This document shows, one piece after another, positions 30,767 through 40,413 of a DNA stretch of 64,000 nt. Origin of the DNA: a bacterium (GTDB lineage: Bacteria > Hinthialibacterota > Hinthialibacteria > Hinthialibacterales > Hinthialibacteraceae); contig CAXXMV010000006.1 of the NCBI GenBank assembly GCA_963662285.2, positions 896,001 to 960,000 on the forward strand, written 5' to 3'. Position 1 is the first letter of the stretch. Every line of letters begins with the position of its first letter. Position numbers and translations under genes: made by a program. The notes beneath the pieces are model-generated. The model had not been told where the DNA came from. It ran no database searches and saw only the letters and a program-made list of their open reading frames with translations.

Positions 30767-32476
30767 ATGGATAGCGAAACCACAGTACAAACCATAAGTA
30801 TGTCGGCTTTATTAATCGGCTTAATAGGCGGGCTCTCTCTCTTCCTGTACGGCATGGAACAGATGACGACCTCCATGAAAGTAATGGCTGGTGGAGGATT
30901 GAAGACGCTTTTATCCAAAATGACGTCCAACCGCTTCAAAGCGGCGTTAACCGGGGCGTTTGTGACGGCGGTAGTCAACTCTTCAACGGTTACTACGGTT
31001 TTGGTTGTCGGATTTATTTCGGCGGGGCTGATTACCCTCACTCAATCGATCGGGCTTATTATGGGCGCCAATATCGGATCGACCATCACCGCCCAGGTAA
31101 TCGCATTCAAAGTTACTAAATACTCATTGCTGCTTATCGGGGCTGGTTATATCTGGAATATGGCGGCGCGTAATGAAAATCAGAGTCATTACAGCACCAT
31201 GCTTATGGGTTTGGGCATGCTGTTTTTCGGCATGTCGATCATGAGCGAAGCCACCAGGCCGCTGCATTCATACCCCCCATTTATCGATTTGATGAAAATG
31301 ATGGACGCTCCATTATTGGGGATACTGATAGGAGCGGTATTCACGGCGATTATCCATAGTTCAGGAGCAACGACTGGCATCATAATTGTTTTGGCAAGCC
31401 AGGGATTCGTCACCTTGGACGCTGGAATCGCCCTGGCTTTCGGCGCCAACATTGGAACCTGCGCCACAGCTTTAGTGGCATCCATAGGTAAGCCCCGGGC
31501 GGCGGTTCAAGCGGCGATGGTGCATATTATATTTAATGCAGCCGGTTGTTTGTTATGGATTTTCTTTATTCCCTATTTAGCTGCGCTGGTGAGGTTTATC
31601 TCGCCGACTTCTCCTGAATTGGAGGGGATCGCCCGTTTAGCAGCGGAAACCCCCCGGCAAATTGCCAATGCCCATACTTTCTTTAATGTAGCTAATACCT
31701 TCATTTTTATCGGTTTAGTTAAACCGATGGCCCGACTGGTGGAGTATTTGATTCCGATCAAAATTGAACCGGAACCAAAAGTCGCTAAACCGAAATTTCT
31801 GGATGATGCATTGATCGGCACGCCCGATCTGGCCTTAGACCGGGTTCGGCTTGAACTGGTTCGCATGGGAGAACACACGTTGAAAATGGTGGTCAGTTCG
31901 ATTCCCATCGTCATGCGAGGTAGCAAGGCTGAGATTGAAACCATTCCCAAGATGGATGATGATATCGACGCCCTGCATGAAGCCATCCTGGATTATATAC
32001 GACGGGTATCTCAGGAAGAACTTACCGAGAGACACCACGAATGCGCTAACAATTATATGGCGTGCACCAATTATTTTGAGAACATCGGCGACACTCTGGA
32101 AATTAATCTGTGCACCATGGCCCGCGACCGCCTTAAACTGGGCGTGGTAATTGGAGATAAAGAACTGGATATCCTGCTGCCTATTGTAGGGAAAGTTAAA
32201 GAATGTTTGTATAAAGTGGTTCGCGGCATCACTGATTCAGATGCTGATATTATGGAATCAGTTGTCAATGAAAAACATCTACTACGTCAACTGGTCAACG
32301 ACGCCAAAGCGCAATTAATCGAAAATATGACCGGACACGACAAACATAGCGTTCATACTTACCGGATTCTGCTGGAAGCGGTTGAGAACCTGCGGCGGTG
32401 TTACTACTTCACCAAGAAAATTGCTAAATCTGAACTTAAATACATCTCTCCTGAACGGGAAAAAGCGGTTGAATAG
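30767..32476 (+). CDS. Na+/phosphate cotransporter family protein with PhoU-like C-terminus (NptA/YjbB-like)
   Basis: GGLSLFLYGM, VNSSTVTT..GANIGST, HSSGATT..GANIGT, IANAHTFFN; helical cytoplasmic tail. Confidence 0.9.
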   Translation: MDSETTVQTISMSALLIGLIGGLSLFLYGMEQMTTSMKVMAGGGLKTLLSKMTSNRFKAALTGAFVTAVVNSSTVTTVLVVGFISAGLITLTQSIGLIMGANIGSTITAQVIAFKVTKYSLLLIGAGYIWNMAARNENQSHYSTMLMGLGMLFFGMSIMSEATRPLHSYPPFIDLMKMMDAPLLGILIGAVFTAIIHSSGATTGIIIVLASQGFVTLDAGIALAFGANIGTCATALVASIGKPRAAVQAAMVHIIFNAAGCLLWIFFIPYLAALVRFISPTSPELEGIARLAAETPRQIANAHTFFNVANTFIFIGLVKPMARLVEYLIPIKIEPEPKVAKPKFLDDALIGTPDLALDRVRLELVRMGEHTLKMVVSSIPIVMRGSKAEIETIPKMDDDIDALHEAILDYIRRVSQEELTERHHECANNYMACTNYFENIGDTLEINLCTMARDRLKLGVVIGDKELDILLPIVGKVKECLYKVVRGITDSDADIMESVVNEKHLLRQLVNDAKAQLIENMTGHDKHSVHTYRILLEAVENLRRCYYFTKKIAKSELKYISPEREKAVE

Positions 32477-32638
32477 TGGATAGTGTTTTTTTTTATTTTC
32501 ATCATCACACTAAATGGCGGGATATTATATTGTCAAAATTTTGTTGTCAATATAGAATACTCCATGTGGTAATAGATTAATTAAATCTGGTCAGATTATC
32601 GTTTCATTTGGGTAATCTCGAAATAAGGGAGTTTTGTA

Positions 32639-33784
32639 ATGAGACATTTTATTGTTGTTGCATTCTTTTTAGTATTGGCCATTGCCGGGAGTTCTTACTC
32701 TCAAGAAGATCAGGTTCTTCAAGTAACTGATTTTGAAGATGAACTGGAATGGGTGTATAGCGGCGGGTCAATCATGTACTCATTTGTAGAATATCAACCC
32801 TTTTATGATGATACCATCACCCCTCATAGTGGGGAAGCATCATTGTTGGTTGAGTACGACAATACGGGGGGGGAATGGCAGTGGTCGCAAATTAATTTTC
32901 CCGGTGAACTCGGAGCGGTTGATGCAACGGGGATGACCGAACTGCATATCTTTGTCTATGTTGTTCCAGGAAGCACGGGGTATTCTGATACTGGATTTGA
33001 AATGCGCATTGAAGCGGGTGGGGCTAACCTCGGTTTTCAATCTACGGATGTTACCGGCGAATGGGTGGAACTGGTCTGGCCGATTGATACATTGACCTCA
33101 ACCGGTAATCTGGGCGCATTGACCTACTTTGGAGGATTTATTGCTCCCCGTGGTGACATTTCCGGGCAGGTTTATATTGATGATATATATTTCACCCGTC
33201 CTGCTGATGTCCCTGAAGTAGAAATAGTGACTATTTACGGATTCAATGAAGAGGATCCTGATACACTTTTAACAGCTGGTTGGATTTCGGATGATGCCGG
33301 TCTTTCGGTTCCACTATTAGGTGAGGGTGAAGTTGAACCTTCCGAAGGATCCAACTATATGGCGTTTACGCTTGGCGAAGGATGGACCAATGTCATCCGC
33401 ACCGAAAGCGCATTAGAAGACTTTGACCGCTGGGGTGATGTCAAGGAAATCATGGTTGACGCCCGTATGAGTGAAGCGGTTGTCGGGTGGGGCGCCCAGT
33501 CTGCATTAGTTATCCAAACCGGCAGTGGGGGTTGGGATCAGTATGCAGAGGCGTCTTATAGGTATGCGGTAGATGAGTGGCAAACGCTGGTTTGGGTTGT
33601 GGATATGGAAAAACATGCTGCTGCTTTTGTTGAACCTGCTGAAGGGGAAGATGCTCCCTGGATGATTATTCGTTTCTCAACCAATAACGGAAGTGAGGAT
33701 GCCGGGAAATTGGTATTCTTCGATAATTTCCGGGTTGTCGTTACTAAGCAGGCGGCTGCTGTTCAAGAGTGGAGTTTATATTAG
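32639..33784 (+). CDS. Acidic secreted protein with two carbohydrate-binding-like beta-sandwich domains and VQEWSLY tail
   Basis: Signal peptide; two modules, DFE..HSGEASL..W..L.W..VYIDDIYF and GFNE..SEGSNY..WQTLVW..VFFDNFRV. Confidence 0.65.
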   Translation: MRHFIVVAFFLVLAIAGSSYSQEDQVLQVTDFEDELEWVYSGGSIMYSFVEYQPFYDDTITPHSGEASLLVEYDNTGGEWQWSQINFPGELGAVDATGMTELHIFVYVVPGSTGYSDTGFEMRIEAGGANLGFQSTDVTGEWVELVWPIDTLTSTGNLGALTYFGGFIAPRGDISGQVYIDDIYFTRPADVPEVEIVTIYGFNEEDPDTLLTAGWISDDAGLSVPLLGEGEVEPSEGSNYMAFTLGEGWTNVIRTESALEDFDRWGDVKEIMVDARMSEAVVGWGAQSALVIQTGSGGWDQYAEASYRYAVDEWQTLVWVVDMEKHAAAFVEPAEGEDAPWMIIRFSTNNGSEDAGKLVFFDNFRVVVTKQAAAVQEWSLY

Positions 33785-33823
33785 TAGAAATTTCACAAAA
33801 TAGATGCCTTTATTATTAATGCG

Positions 33824-33848
33824 GAAATACACTACCCTTGGCGCCCGA
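33824..33848. repeat. Half copy of family C hairpin repeat
   Basis: GAAATACACTACCCTTGGCGCCCGA versus AAAATACACTGCCCTTGGCACCCGA ending at 47230. Confidence 0.6.
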
Positions 33849-33885
33849 GTGGTAATGTCTAAACCTGCATGTAGAAAGAATCCCA

Positions 33886-33916
33886 TTGACATATTATCGT
33901 AAAATTACGATAATAT
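33886..33916 (+). promoter_or_regulatory. Sigma70 promoter with overlapping palindromic operator (likely antitoxin autorepression site)
   Basis: TTGACA(33886)-17 bp-GATAAT(33909); ATATTATCGTAA-AA-TTACGATAATAT with perfect 12-bp arms, 33891-33916. Confidence 0.8.
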
Positions 33917-33977
33917 AGAAAGAAGAAGTTAATTTGTTATATGCCGAAGTTCGAGGTTTTCTTCTATCAGGAGGGTC

Positions 33978-34295
33978 ATGATAATGGCGGCAAAAGGACG
34001 AAACGCGGTTTCGCTTATCAAGGAATTAGTGAAGGATGATGCTGGATTTGAGCAATATCATCAGGAAGCGCATGTTAACGTAACGGTCGCTCAAATGATC
34101 TATGACGCCCGTAAGGAAGCCGGATTAACTCAAACTGAATTAGCCAAAATGGTTGGAACAACGCAATCTGTGATTTCTCAGTTAGAGGATGCGGACTATG
34201 AAGGACACTCTTTGACCATGTTGCAAAGGGTTGCGGTGGTTCTTCATAAAAAAGTAGATGTTCGTTTGGTTCCAGAGCCGATGCTCAAATCTTAA
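33978..34295 (+). CDS. XRE-family HTH regulator, HigA-like orphan antitoxin
   Basis: IYDARKEAGLTQTELAKMVGTTQSVISQLEDADYEGHSL; RBS spacing favours ATG 33984. Confidence 0.85.
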   Translation: MIMAAKGRNAVSLIKELVKDDAGFEQYHQEAHVNVTVAQMIYDARKEAGLTQTELAKMVGTTQSVISQLEDADYEGHSLTMLQRVAVVLHKKVDVRLVPEPMLKS

Positions 34296-34312
34296 TAATC
34301 TCAACCTACTTT

Positions 34313-35965
34313 TTAGATTTGCAATTCTCCTCTTGAATTCGCCGCGCCAATTTTTTTAATCAACATATCTGCCTCTTTTAAATCATTATCTGTTTTAAAG
34401 GGAGGTAAATTATCTAGTATATGCTGAGCTTTTTTATTCTGATTAATATCTATCAGGCATCGAGCCATTGTTAAATAGGGTTGGAGAGTTTCACTTTTTT
34501 TCTCTTGCTTCTGAAATATATCAAAAATGTTTTGAGCCAAGTCCGGGTCATCTGATTTGAATGAATATTCAATTATTTGGCTCGCAATTGCGCCTGAGCC
34601 GGGTTGTTTTTCAATAACTTTATGAAGATGCGAAATCGCTATAGATTTTTTTCCTGCAGCCCACAAATGAGCTGACTCACGTATAGCATGAAGCGCTTGA
34701 TAACGTGGATGAACGGGCAGTTTAACTCTAAAGTAGGTGCGGTCTTCATCGAAATCAAATATTGCCTGCGGGGAACCGTTTTCTTTCATAATTCTTATTA
34801 TTTTAGGTATACCGGTTCCCCTTCTTTCAGCCAATCTCAATTCTTTGAGAAATTCACCTATACGTCGATTTCTGGCAGGTACCGGAGGAACTGAATTATC
34901 GGAATCAAAATGCTCTAGTTTGATTCCCGGCATAGGTCCGGGATAACTGATGATTTCCATTCTATCCGGATATAAATAAACTTTGGTTGGTTCGGGAGGG
35001 AAATCATATCCTCTATGGTATATTGCATTTACAATAGCTTCTTCCATAGCCTGGTATGGGTATGGAAATGTTCTTTCGACTTCAGCTCGACCAGGTATTT
35101 TCTGTAATAAACTTCCACCAAGTCCTTCAAGATAATTAAGGCATGATTTTATCTGTTGAGCTAGTGGACCTACGAATTTTCTTTCTTCAATTAAATCACC
35201 GCCAGCATCATCGCCAAATTGAACAACTTCGATAAAGGCGCCTTCAAAAAACATCTCGGGCGATTCATTAAAAAAAAGCAAGGCGACATTTCGTGGAACT
35301 TCATGGTTATTAATTGGAATGGTTAGATGTAATTTTCTATAAGTGTCATGCGCTTCAATCGATAGATCGTTGTTGGCTAAATAACTTCTGATATCGATCA
35401 GGAATTGTTTGACCAAAGGTAGAGAAATATCTTCCACTTTACTATTTAAGTTCCGTCTTGAATCATAAGGAATCTTAGCGGCTTGTTCGAGTAATTGACG
35501 TTTCAAATCACCGGTTGCTTCAATTGAAGATGATCCGGAACGTATGTAGTATGTTGTCCCTGTCCTATCGCGTTTTGGCGCCTCGTAAGGTCGATTATCA
35601 CCAGCTGGCGCCCATATTATAACAATACTTTGGCCTTGAAATTCCTCTATTTGAACAATGGGTATATATTCAGGAGAAATAAAACCTTTACTATTTCCTA
35701 CAATCTCTCTTTGGATTTTATCAAGGTCGCAGTTGTTTAAGCCTGTTGGTGGTAAAATAGCATTGCCATTCTGATCTGTTTTTACGCCAATAATAATGTA
35801 ACCTCCATTGAGGTTTAGAAAATCATTGGCATATGCGCAGATCGTATTTATGGTAGATTTCTTTACTACTTCATTCCAAGACTCTTTAAATTCAAGCCGG
35901 GTCTGCTCAATAGATTTTTGGTGTAGTAAATCTGATATATTCAATGGGATTGCTTTGTCCGCCAT
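34313..35965 (-). CDS. Schlafen/AlbA_2 domain + HATPase_c_4 protein with helical C-terminal domain
   Basis: EQTRLEFKESW, ICAYAND..GGYIIIGV, YYIRSGSS; AMEEAIVNAIYHRGY, RNRRIGEFLKELRLAERRGTGIPKI; AT-rich. Confidence 0.85.
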   Translation of the reverse strand: MADKAIPLNISDLLHQKSIEQTRLEFKESWNEVVKKSTINTICAYANDFLNLNGGYIIIGVKTDQNGNAILPPTGLNNCDLDKIQREIVGNSKGFISPEYIPIVQIEEFQGQSIVIIWAPAGDNRPYEAPKRDRTGTTYYIRSGSSSIEATGDLKRQLLEQAAKIPYDSRRNLNSKVEDISLPLVKQFLIDIRSYLANNDLSIEAHDTYRKLHLTIPINNHEVPRNVALLFFNESPEMFFEGAFIEVVQFGDDAGGDLIEERKFVGPLAQQIKSCLNYLEGLGGSLLQKIPGRAEVERTFPYPYQAMEEAIVNAIYHRGYDFPPEPTKVYLYPDRMEIISYPGPMPGIKLEHFDSDNSVPPVPARNRRIGEFLKELRLAERRGTGIPKIIRIMKENGSPQAIFDFDEDRTYFRVKLPVHPRYQALHAIRESAHLWAAGKKSIAISHLHKVIEKQPGSGAIASQIIEYSFKSDDPDLAQNIFDIFQKQEKKSETLQPYLTMARCLIDINQNKKAQHILDNLPPFKTDNDLKEADMLIKKIGAANSRGELQI

Positions 35966-36073
35966 AAGTAATAATCACCGTAGTTGAGTAGTTTTCATAA
36001 TAAACGAAAATGGTTATTAGAACCGCTCAAGTTATTTTATCGAATACATTATAATGAAGTTATTCTCATTATC

Positions 36074-36106
36074 AAAAAAAAAGCCCGAATACGTTCGGGC
36101 TTTTTT
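36074..36106. terminator. Intrinsic terminator after leuB
   Basis: A9-GCCCGAA-TACG-TTCGGGC-T6. Confidence 0.8.
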
Positions 36107-36124
36107 AGAATATATTCACATTAC

Positions 36125-37210
36125 TTACATATCCTGAACGCGTTGGGCGATGGCGTCGCCGATTTTGGTTGTGGAGTATCCCGCTTCCTGGATGTCTTTG
36201 ACGCTTAGGCCGGGGAGTTCGCCGCTGCCGAGGAAATCGGAGATGGCTTGATCGAGCATCTTGGCTGCTTTGTCTTCGCCCAGGTGTTCGAGCATCATCT
36301 GTCCGGCGCTGATGCAGGCGATGGGGTTGATGACGTTCTGGTTGGTGTATTTAGGCGCTGAACCGCCGATGGGTTCGAACATGGATGTTCCGCCTTCATC
36401 GGGATTGATGTTGCCGCCGGCTGCAACGCCCATGCCGCCCTGAACCATAGCGCCCAGGTCGGTAATGATGTCGCCGAACATATTACCGGTAACGATGACG
36501 TCGAACCATTCAGGATTCTTGACGAACCACATGGTGGTGGCGTCGATGTGAGCATAGTCGCGTTTGATGCCGGGATAGGATTTCTTGCCCATATCGTGGA
36601 AAGCGCGTTCCCATAGATCGAAAACATAGGTTAGTACATTAGTTTTTCCACAGAGGGTTAGAGTGTTGGTTTTGTTGCGTTTTTTGGTGTATTCATAAGC
36701 GTATTTCAAGCAACGGTCAACTTCGAAACGAGTATAAACCATTTCTTGAATAGCCACTTCGTTAGGAGTGTCTTTTTTGATGATGCCGCCGCTGCCGGTG
36801 TAGATGCCGGCGCTGTTTTCGCGTATAACGACAAAATCAATATCTTCCGGACCTTTGTCTTTAATCGGAGTCCAAACGCCGGGATAGAGTTTAACTGGAC
36901 GAAGATTGATATATTGATCTAATTCAAAGCGAAGGCGAAGCAGAATGCCTTTTTCTAGGATGCCCGGTTTAACGTCGGGGTGTCCAATAGCGCCGAGATA
37001 AATAGCATGGAACTTACTCAGTTCCTCGGATGCGCTGTCGGGAAGCACTTCGTTGGTCTTCATGTAGCGGTCGCCGCCGAAGTCGAAATCCTGGTATTCA
37101 CACTTGAAACCAGCTTTTTCTTCTAATACTTTAAGAACTTTTACGCCTTCCCGGATTACTTCCGGTCCTGTTCCGTCGCCGCCCATGACGGCAATCTTAT
37201 AGGTATTCAT
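36125..37210 (-). CDS. leuB: 3-isopropylmalate dehydrogenase
   Basis: [51 protein letters not shown]; ATG 37210 with RBS GGAGG. Confidence 0.85.
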   Translation of the reverse strand: MNTYKIAVMGGDGTGPEVIREGVKVLKVLEEKAGFKCEYQDFDFGGDRYMKTNEVLPDSASEELSKFHAIYLGAIGHPDVKPGILEKGILLRLRFELDQYINLRPVKLYPGVWTPIKDKGPEDIDFVVIRENSAGIYTGSGGIIKKDTPNEVAIQEMVYTRFEVDRCLKYAYEYTKKRNKTNTLTLCGKTNVLTYVFDLWERAFHDMGKKSYPGIKRDYAHIDATTMWFVKNPEWFDVIVTGNMFGDIITDLGAMVQGGMGVAAGGNINPDEGGTSMFEPIGGSAPKYTNQNVINPIACISAGQMMLEHLGEDKAAKMLDQAISDFLGSGELPGLSVKDIQEAGYSTTKIGDAIAQRVQDM

Positions 37211-37396
37211 TGAAACCTCCAAAGAACTTACGATTCGAAATTAAAACATGAGTTGTAAATAATACTTGCCGGAGGATGATTCTAGAAGTGATGCGAATTT
37301 TTTTATTGTAATTTGTGCAGGCAATTAGAGATTGTTTTTTATACGAGAGGACGGGAAAAAATCATATTGCACTGATTGTCATTAAATTATTATTAA

Positions 37397-38017
37397 TTAC
37401 AGATCGTTGACATTGCCGGGTTGTCCGGCGAATCCCTGACCGAGGATGCCTTTGTCGCAGGTCATGATATCGCCAATGCTAATTAGACCATTGGATGAAT
37501 CATAGGCCATCCATCCCATAAGGCGTTGGGGTGATTGGATATACCATCGATCCGGTCCGGGGCTGCGTGCGACGTAGCGTGCGGTTGGATCGGCGTTGGA
37601 GGCGGCGCCCTGGTTATTGACTTGCCGCATATAGGCGATATTGCGGTAATGGTAGACTCCATCCATTACCGCTTCCCAGGCGGCGCTGTTTGGACCGGGG
37701 TTCTCTATGGGTACGAATGGATCGAAAAAAGCGCTGGAAGAGATATAAGAGTTAGGTGTGGTAAGCGATCCCCATACCCGGAATCCCCGTTGATATACTC
37801 CGGCGTTAGCCCATTCGTTGGGATCAAGAATGCTGCGGTTATGATCCAGGGAATACATTTCCAGCGCAGTTCGTATGCTGCGTAGATCCGCCAGGGATCG
37901 GGATATTTTGGCGCGCACCTGAGCGTTTAAGAAATTTGGAACTGCGATAGCCGCCAGGATGCCGATGATGGCGACAACGATCAACAGTTCGATCAAAGTA
38001 AAGGCTTTTGGTTTCAT
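37397..38017 (-). CDS. Prepilin-type N-terminal cleavage/methylation domain protein (GspG-like pseudopilin)
   Basis: KAFTLIELLIVVAIIGILAAIAVPNFLNAQVRAK, LTTPNSY, DPF, SPGPD, YDSSNGLISIGDI. Confidence 0.85.
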   Translation of the reverse strand: MKPKAFTLIELLIVVAIIGILAAIAVPNFLNAQVRAKISRSLADLRSIRTALEMYSLDHNRSILDPNEWANAGVYQRGFRVWGSLTTPNSYISSSAFFDPFVPIENPGPNSAAWEAVMDGVYHYRNIAYMRQVNNQGAASNADPTARYVARSPGPDRWYIQSPQRLMGWMAYDSSNGLISIGDIMTCDKGILGQGFAGQPGNVNDL

Positions 38018-38212
38018 TTTTATTTCCTACTACTAGAAAATGCATAACTAATTCAAATTGATTTTCACATATTGATTGAGTTGATGTCAATACAATTCTT
38101 GAGGAGATTAAAGATTGTTCAGGTTTAATCCCGTTTCGGCTAGCGCTTTTACGATGCATTGGTTATAGTGTTTTCTTCGCATATTTTATTTAATTTCTAG
38201 GGTGATCAGGCT

Positions 38213-40369
38213 ATGATGCTTTGGAATGCCAAGATAACAAATAACAAATATTATTGCGCAATTTGTTCCTTGATTGCGCTAATTGCTTTGATATCGGTAC
38301 CGGAAGCATATTCAGTTCAAGTCGGGACGACTGCGCTTTATGGATTATTCGAGACTCCTTTCTCCGTCTCTCTGCCGTATGAAAATCCCTTCGACGCCTC
38401 TGATATTAAAGTAGATGCTGAAATAAAAAGAGATGGCGGGAGTCCGTCCACGGTTCCCTGTTTTAATGATGGTGATGTCTGGAAACTGCGTTATACGCCT
38501 TCGCAAGCGGGTGAATATACCTACCAAATCAAAGCTGAAACTGCGACTGATTCAGAAATATGCGCCCAAGGTAGTTTTACAGTTGAAGAAGCCCAACACC
38601 GGGGATTTCTCCGTATAGGTGAACATTCAAAGCGCCATTTTGTATTTGAAAATGGTGAATCTTATTTCGCTTTGGGCGAGAATATGGGTTGGGTGCAATG
38701 GAGTAACAGTGCGCAATTGGATATCTGGATTGGATACCTGGATGAATGTGAAGAAGCGGGAATCAATTGGATCCGCATCTGGATGTGCCCCTGGGGTAAA
38801 ACCGAATTGACATGGACGCCCAAAGACGGGCGGTATCATGGATATAAACAATATGATTTAGAAAATGCACGGGCCATAGACGGAATCTTTCGTGAAGCGC
38901 AAAAGCGCGGTATATACATCCAGTGGGTTATAAATCACCACGGGCAGTATTCCATCGATACTAATCCCGAATGGCAGAATAATCCTTTCAATACCCAAAA
39001 TGGCGGATTTCTGGAAAATCCGTGGGAATTTTTTACTAATGAAGAAGCCAAACGTCACTACCGCAACCGTTTGCGATATCTGGCGGCGCGATGGGGGTAT
39101 AGCACGCATTTATTATCGTGGGAATTCTGGAATGAAGTCAATTTGACAACCAATTATGATTTTCCGGTTGTTAAAGCATGGCATGAGGAAATGGCTGATT
39201 ATCTGCGGGGAATTGATCCTTATGACCATCTCCTAAGCACCAGTACCAGCCGTGATTTTGATCCCATGTTTCAAACAAAGGGCATGGATTTCATCCAGTC
39301 GCACGCATATACCAGCGGTTTGATTGAAAAATTGGAATTAATTTCAAAAAAATGCGTCGATGAATATCCCGATATTCCACACTTTTTTTCAGAGATGGCC
39401 TATGATTGGCGAGGTCCGACCAAGGGTGATGACACAGGAATCAGTCTGCATAATCAACTGTGGGCTTCGGTTCATGCTACAGCTGATGCAGGAACGGCGA
39501 TGACCTGGTGGTGGGATAACTGGGTTCGACCCAAGAACCTATATTATCATTTCAGGGCGTTGGCCAATTATGTTGAAGGTATTGATTGGGATAAGGAAAA
39601 TCTGCTTCCCATGCAATACAGTGTTGAATATAAAGAAGAAAACAGCGAAGACTTTTTCTTTAAGCCTCCGGTTGATTGGGGCAATTCACGCCGTACGAGG
39701 TTTACAATCAAAGAAAATGGTGAAGTGGAAGGTCTGGAAGAATGCACCAGTTTTGTTCATGGCCTCAATCACCGTGATATGGCGCCAAACCCGATATTTG
39801 CTATTAATACCAATGAATCGATAGAATTTGGATTGCAGATTGACCGTGTTTCAATGAATGGCGCGTCGTGTATTATTGAGCTAGATGGTGAACAAGTCTT
39901 TCAGCGGGTATTCGCTTCAGGGGAAAATGATTCTACAATGAGCGAAGATGGGAAAGTCTCCATTACGGTTCCCCCTGGACGACATAACATATTTGTTAAA
40001 AATACAGGACGGGATTGGTTTGAAGTGAAATATTATTGGGTAGGGGATTTTATCCAAAGACCCAAAGCATATATTCGCGGAAATAAAGATCGAATTTTAG
40101 TATGGGTTCATGATCGGTTGCATCAACTGGCGTATCTTTCATCTAATGAAAAGCCGGAACCTATAGTTGCAACGAGTTTAACGTTGCCGGAAATTCGTGA
40201 AGGAGAGTACCAGGTAGAACCTTTTGATCCCTATACCGGGGAAGCCGGACAGATAAAATCGGTCTTCGCCGGAGATAGTGGTCTGGTTGTTTACATCCCA
40301 TCGTTTGAAAAAGATTTGGCGTTCCGTATTCGTCGTACACCAACGGCGGTCGGGATTCCTCTCCGATAA
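38213..40369 (+). CDS. Secreted DUF5060 + GH5-like glycoside hydrolase (mannanase/cellulase-like)
   Basis: YENPFD..WKLRYTP..GEY; RYLAARWGYS..WEFWNE; DPYDHLLSTS; QSHAY; FFSE. Confidence 0.75.
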   Translation: MMLWNAKITNNKYYCAICSLIALIALISVPEAYSVQVGTTALYGLFETPFSVSLPYENPFDASDIKVDAEIKRDGGSPSTVPCFNDGDVWKLRYTPSQAGEYTYQIKAETATDSEICAQGSFTVEEAQHRGFLRIGEHSKRHFVFENGESYFALGENMGWVQWSNSAQLDIWIGYLDECEEAGINWIRIWMCPWGKTELTWTPKDGRYHGYKQYDLENARAIDGIFREAQKRGIYIQWVINHHGQYSIDTNPEWQNNPFNTQNGGFLENPWEFFTNEEAKRHYRNRLRYLAARWGYSTHLLSWEFWNEVNLTTNYDFPVVKAWHEEMADYLRGIDPYDHLLSTSTSRDFDPMFQTKGMDFIQSHAYTSGLIEKLELISKKCVDEYPDIPHFFSEMAYDWRGPTKGDDTGISLHNQLWASVHATADAGTAMTWWWDNWVRPKNLYYHFRALANYVEGIDWDKENLLPMQYSVEYKEENSEDFFFKPPVDWGNSRRTRFTIKENGEVEGLEECTSFVHGLNHRDMAPNPIFAINTNESIEFGLQIDRVSMNGASCIIELDGEQVFQRVFASGENDSTMSEDGKVSITVPPGRHNIFVKNTGRDWFEVKYYWVGDFIQRPKAYIRGNKDRILVWVHDRLHQLAYLSSNEKPEPIVATSLTLPEIREGEYQVEPFDPYTGEAGQIKSVFAGDSGLVVYIPSFEKDLAFRIRRTPTAVGIPLR

Positions 40370-40413
40370 ACTCAAAACGGTCTCCACGAAGAGACCTAGG
40401 AGGATTCGTTTCC

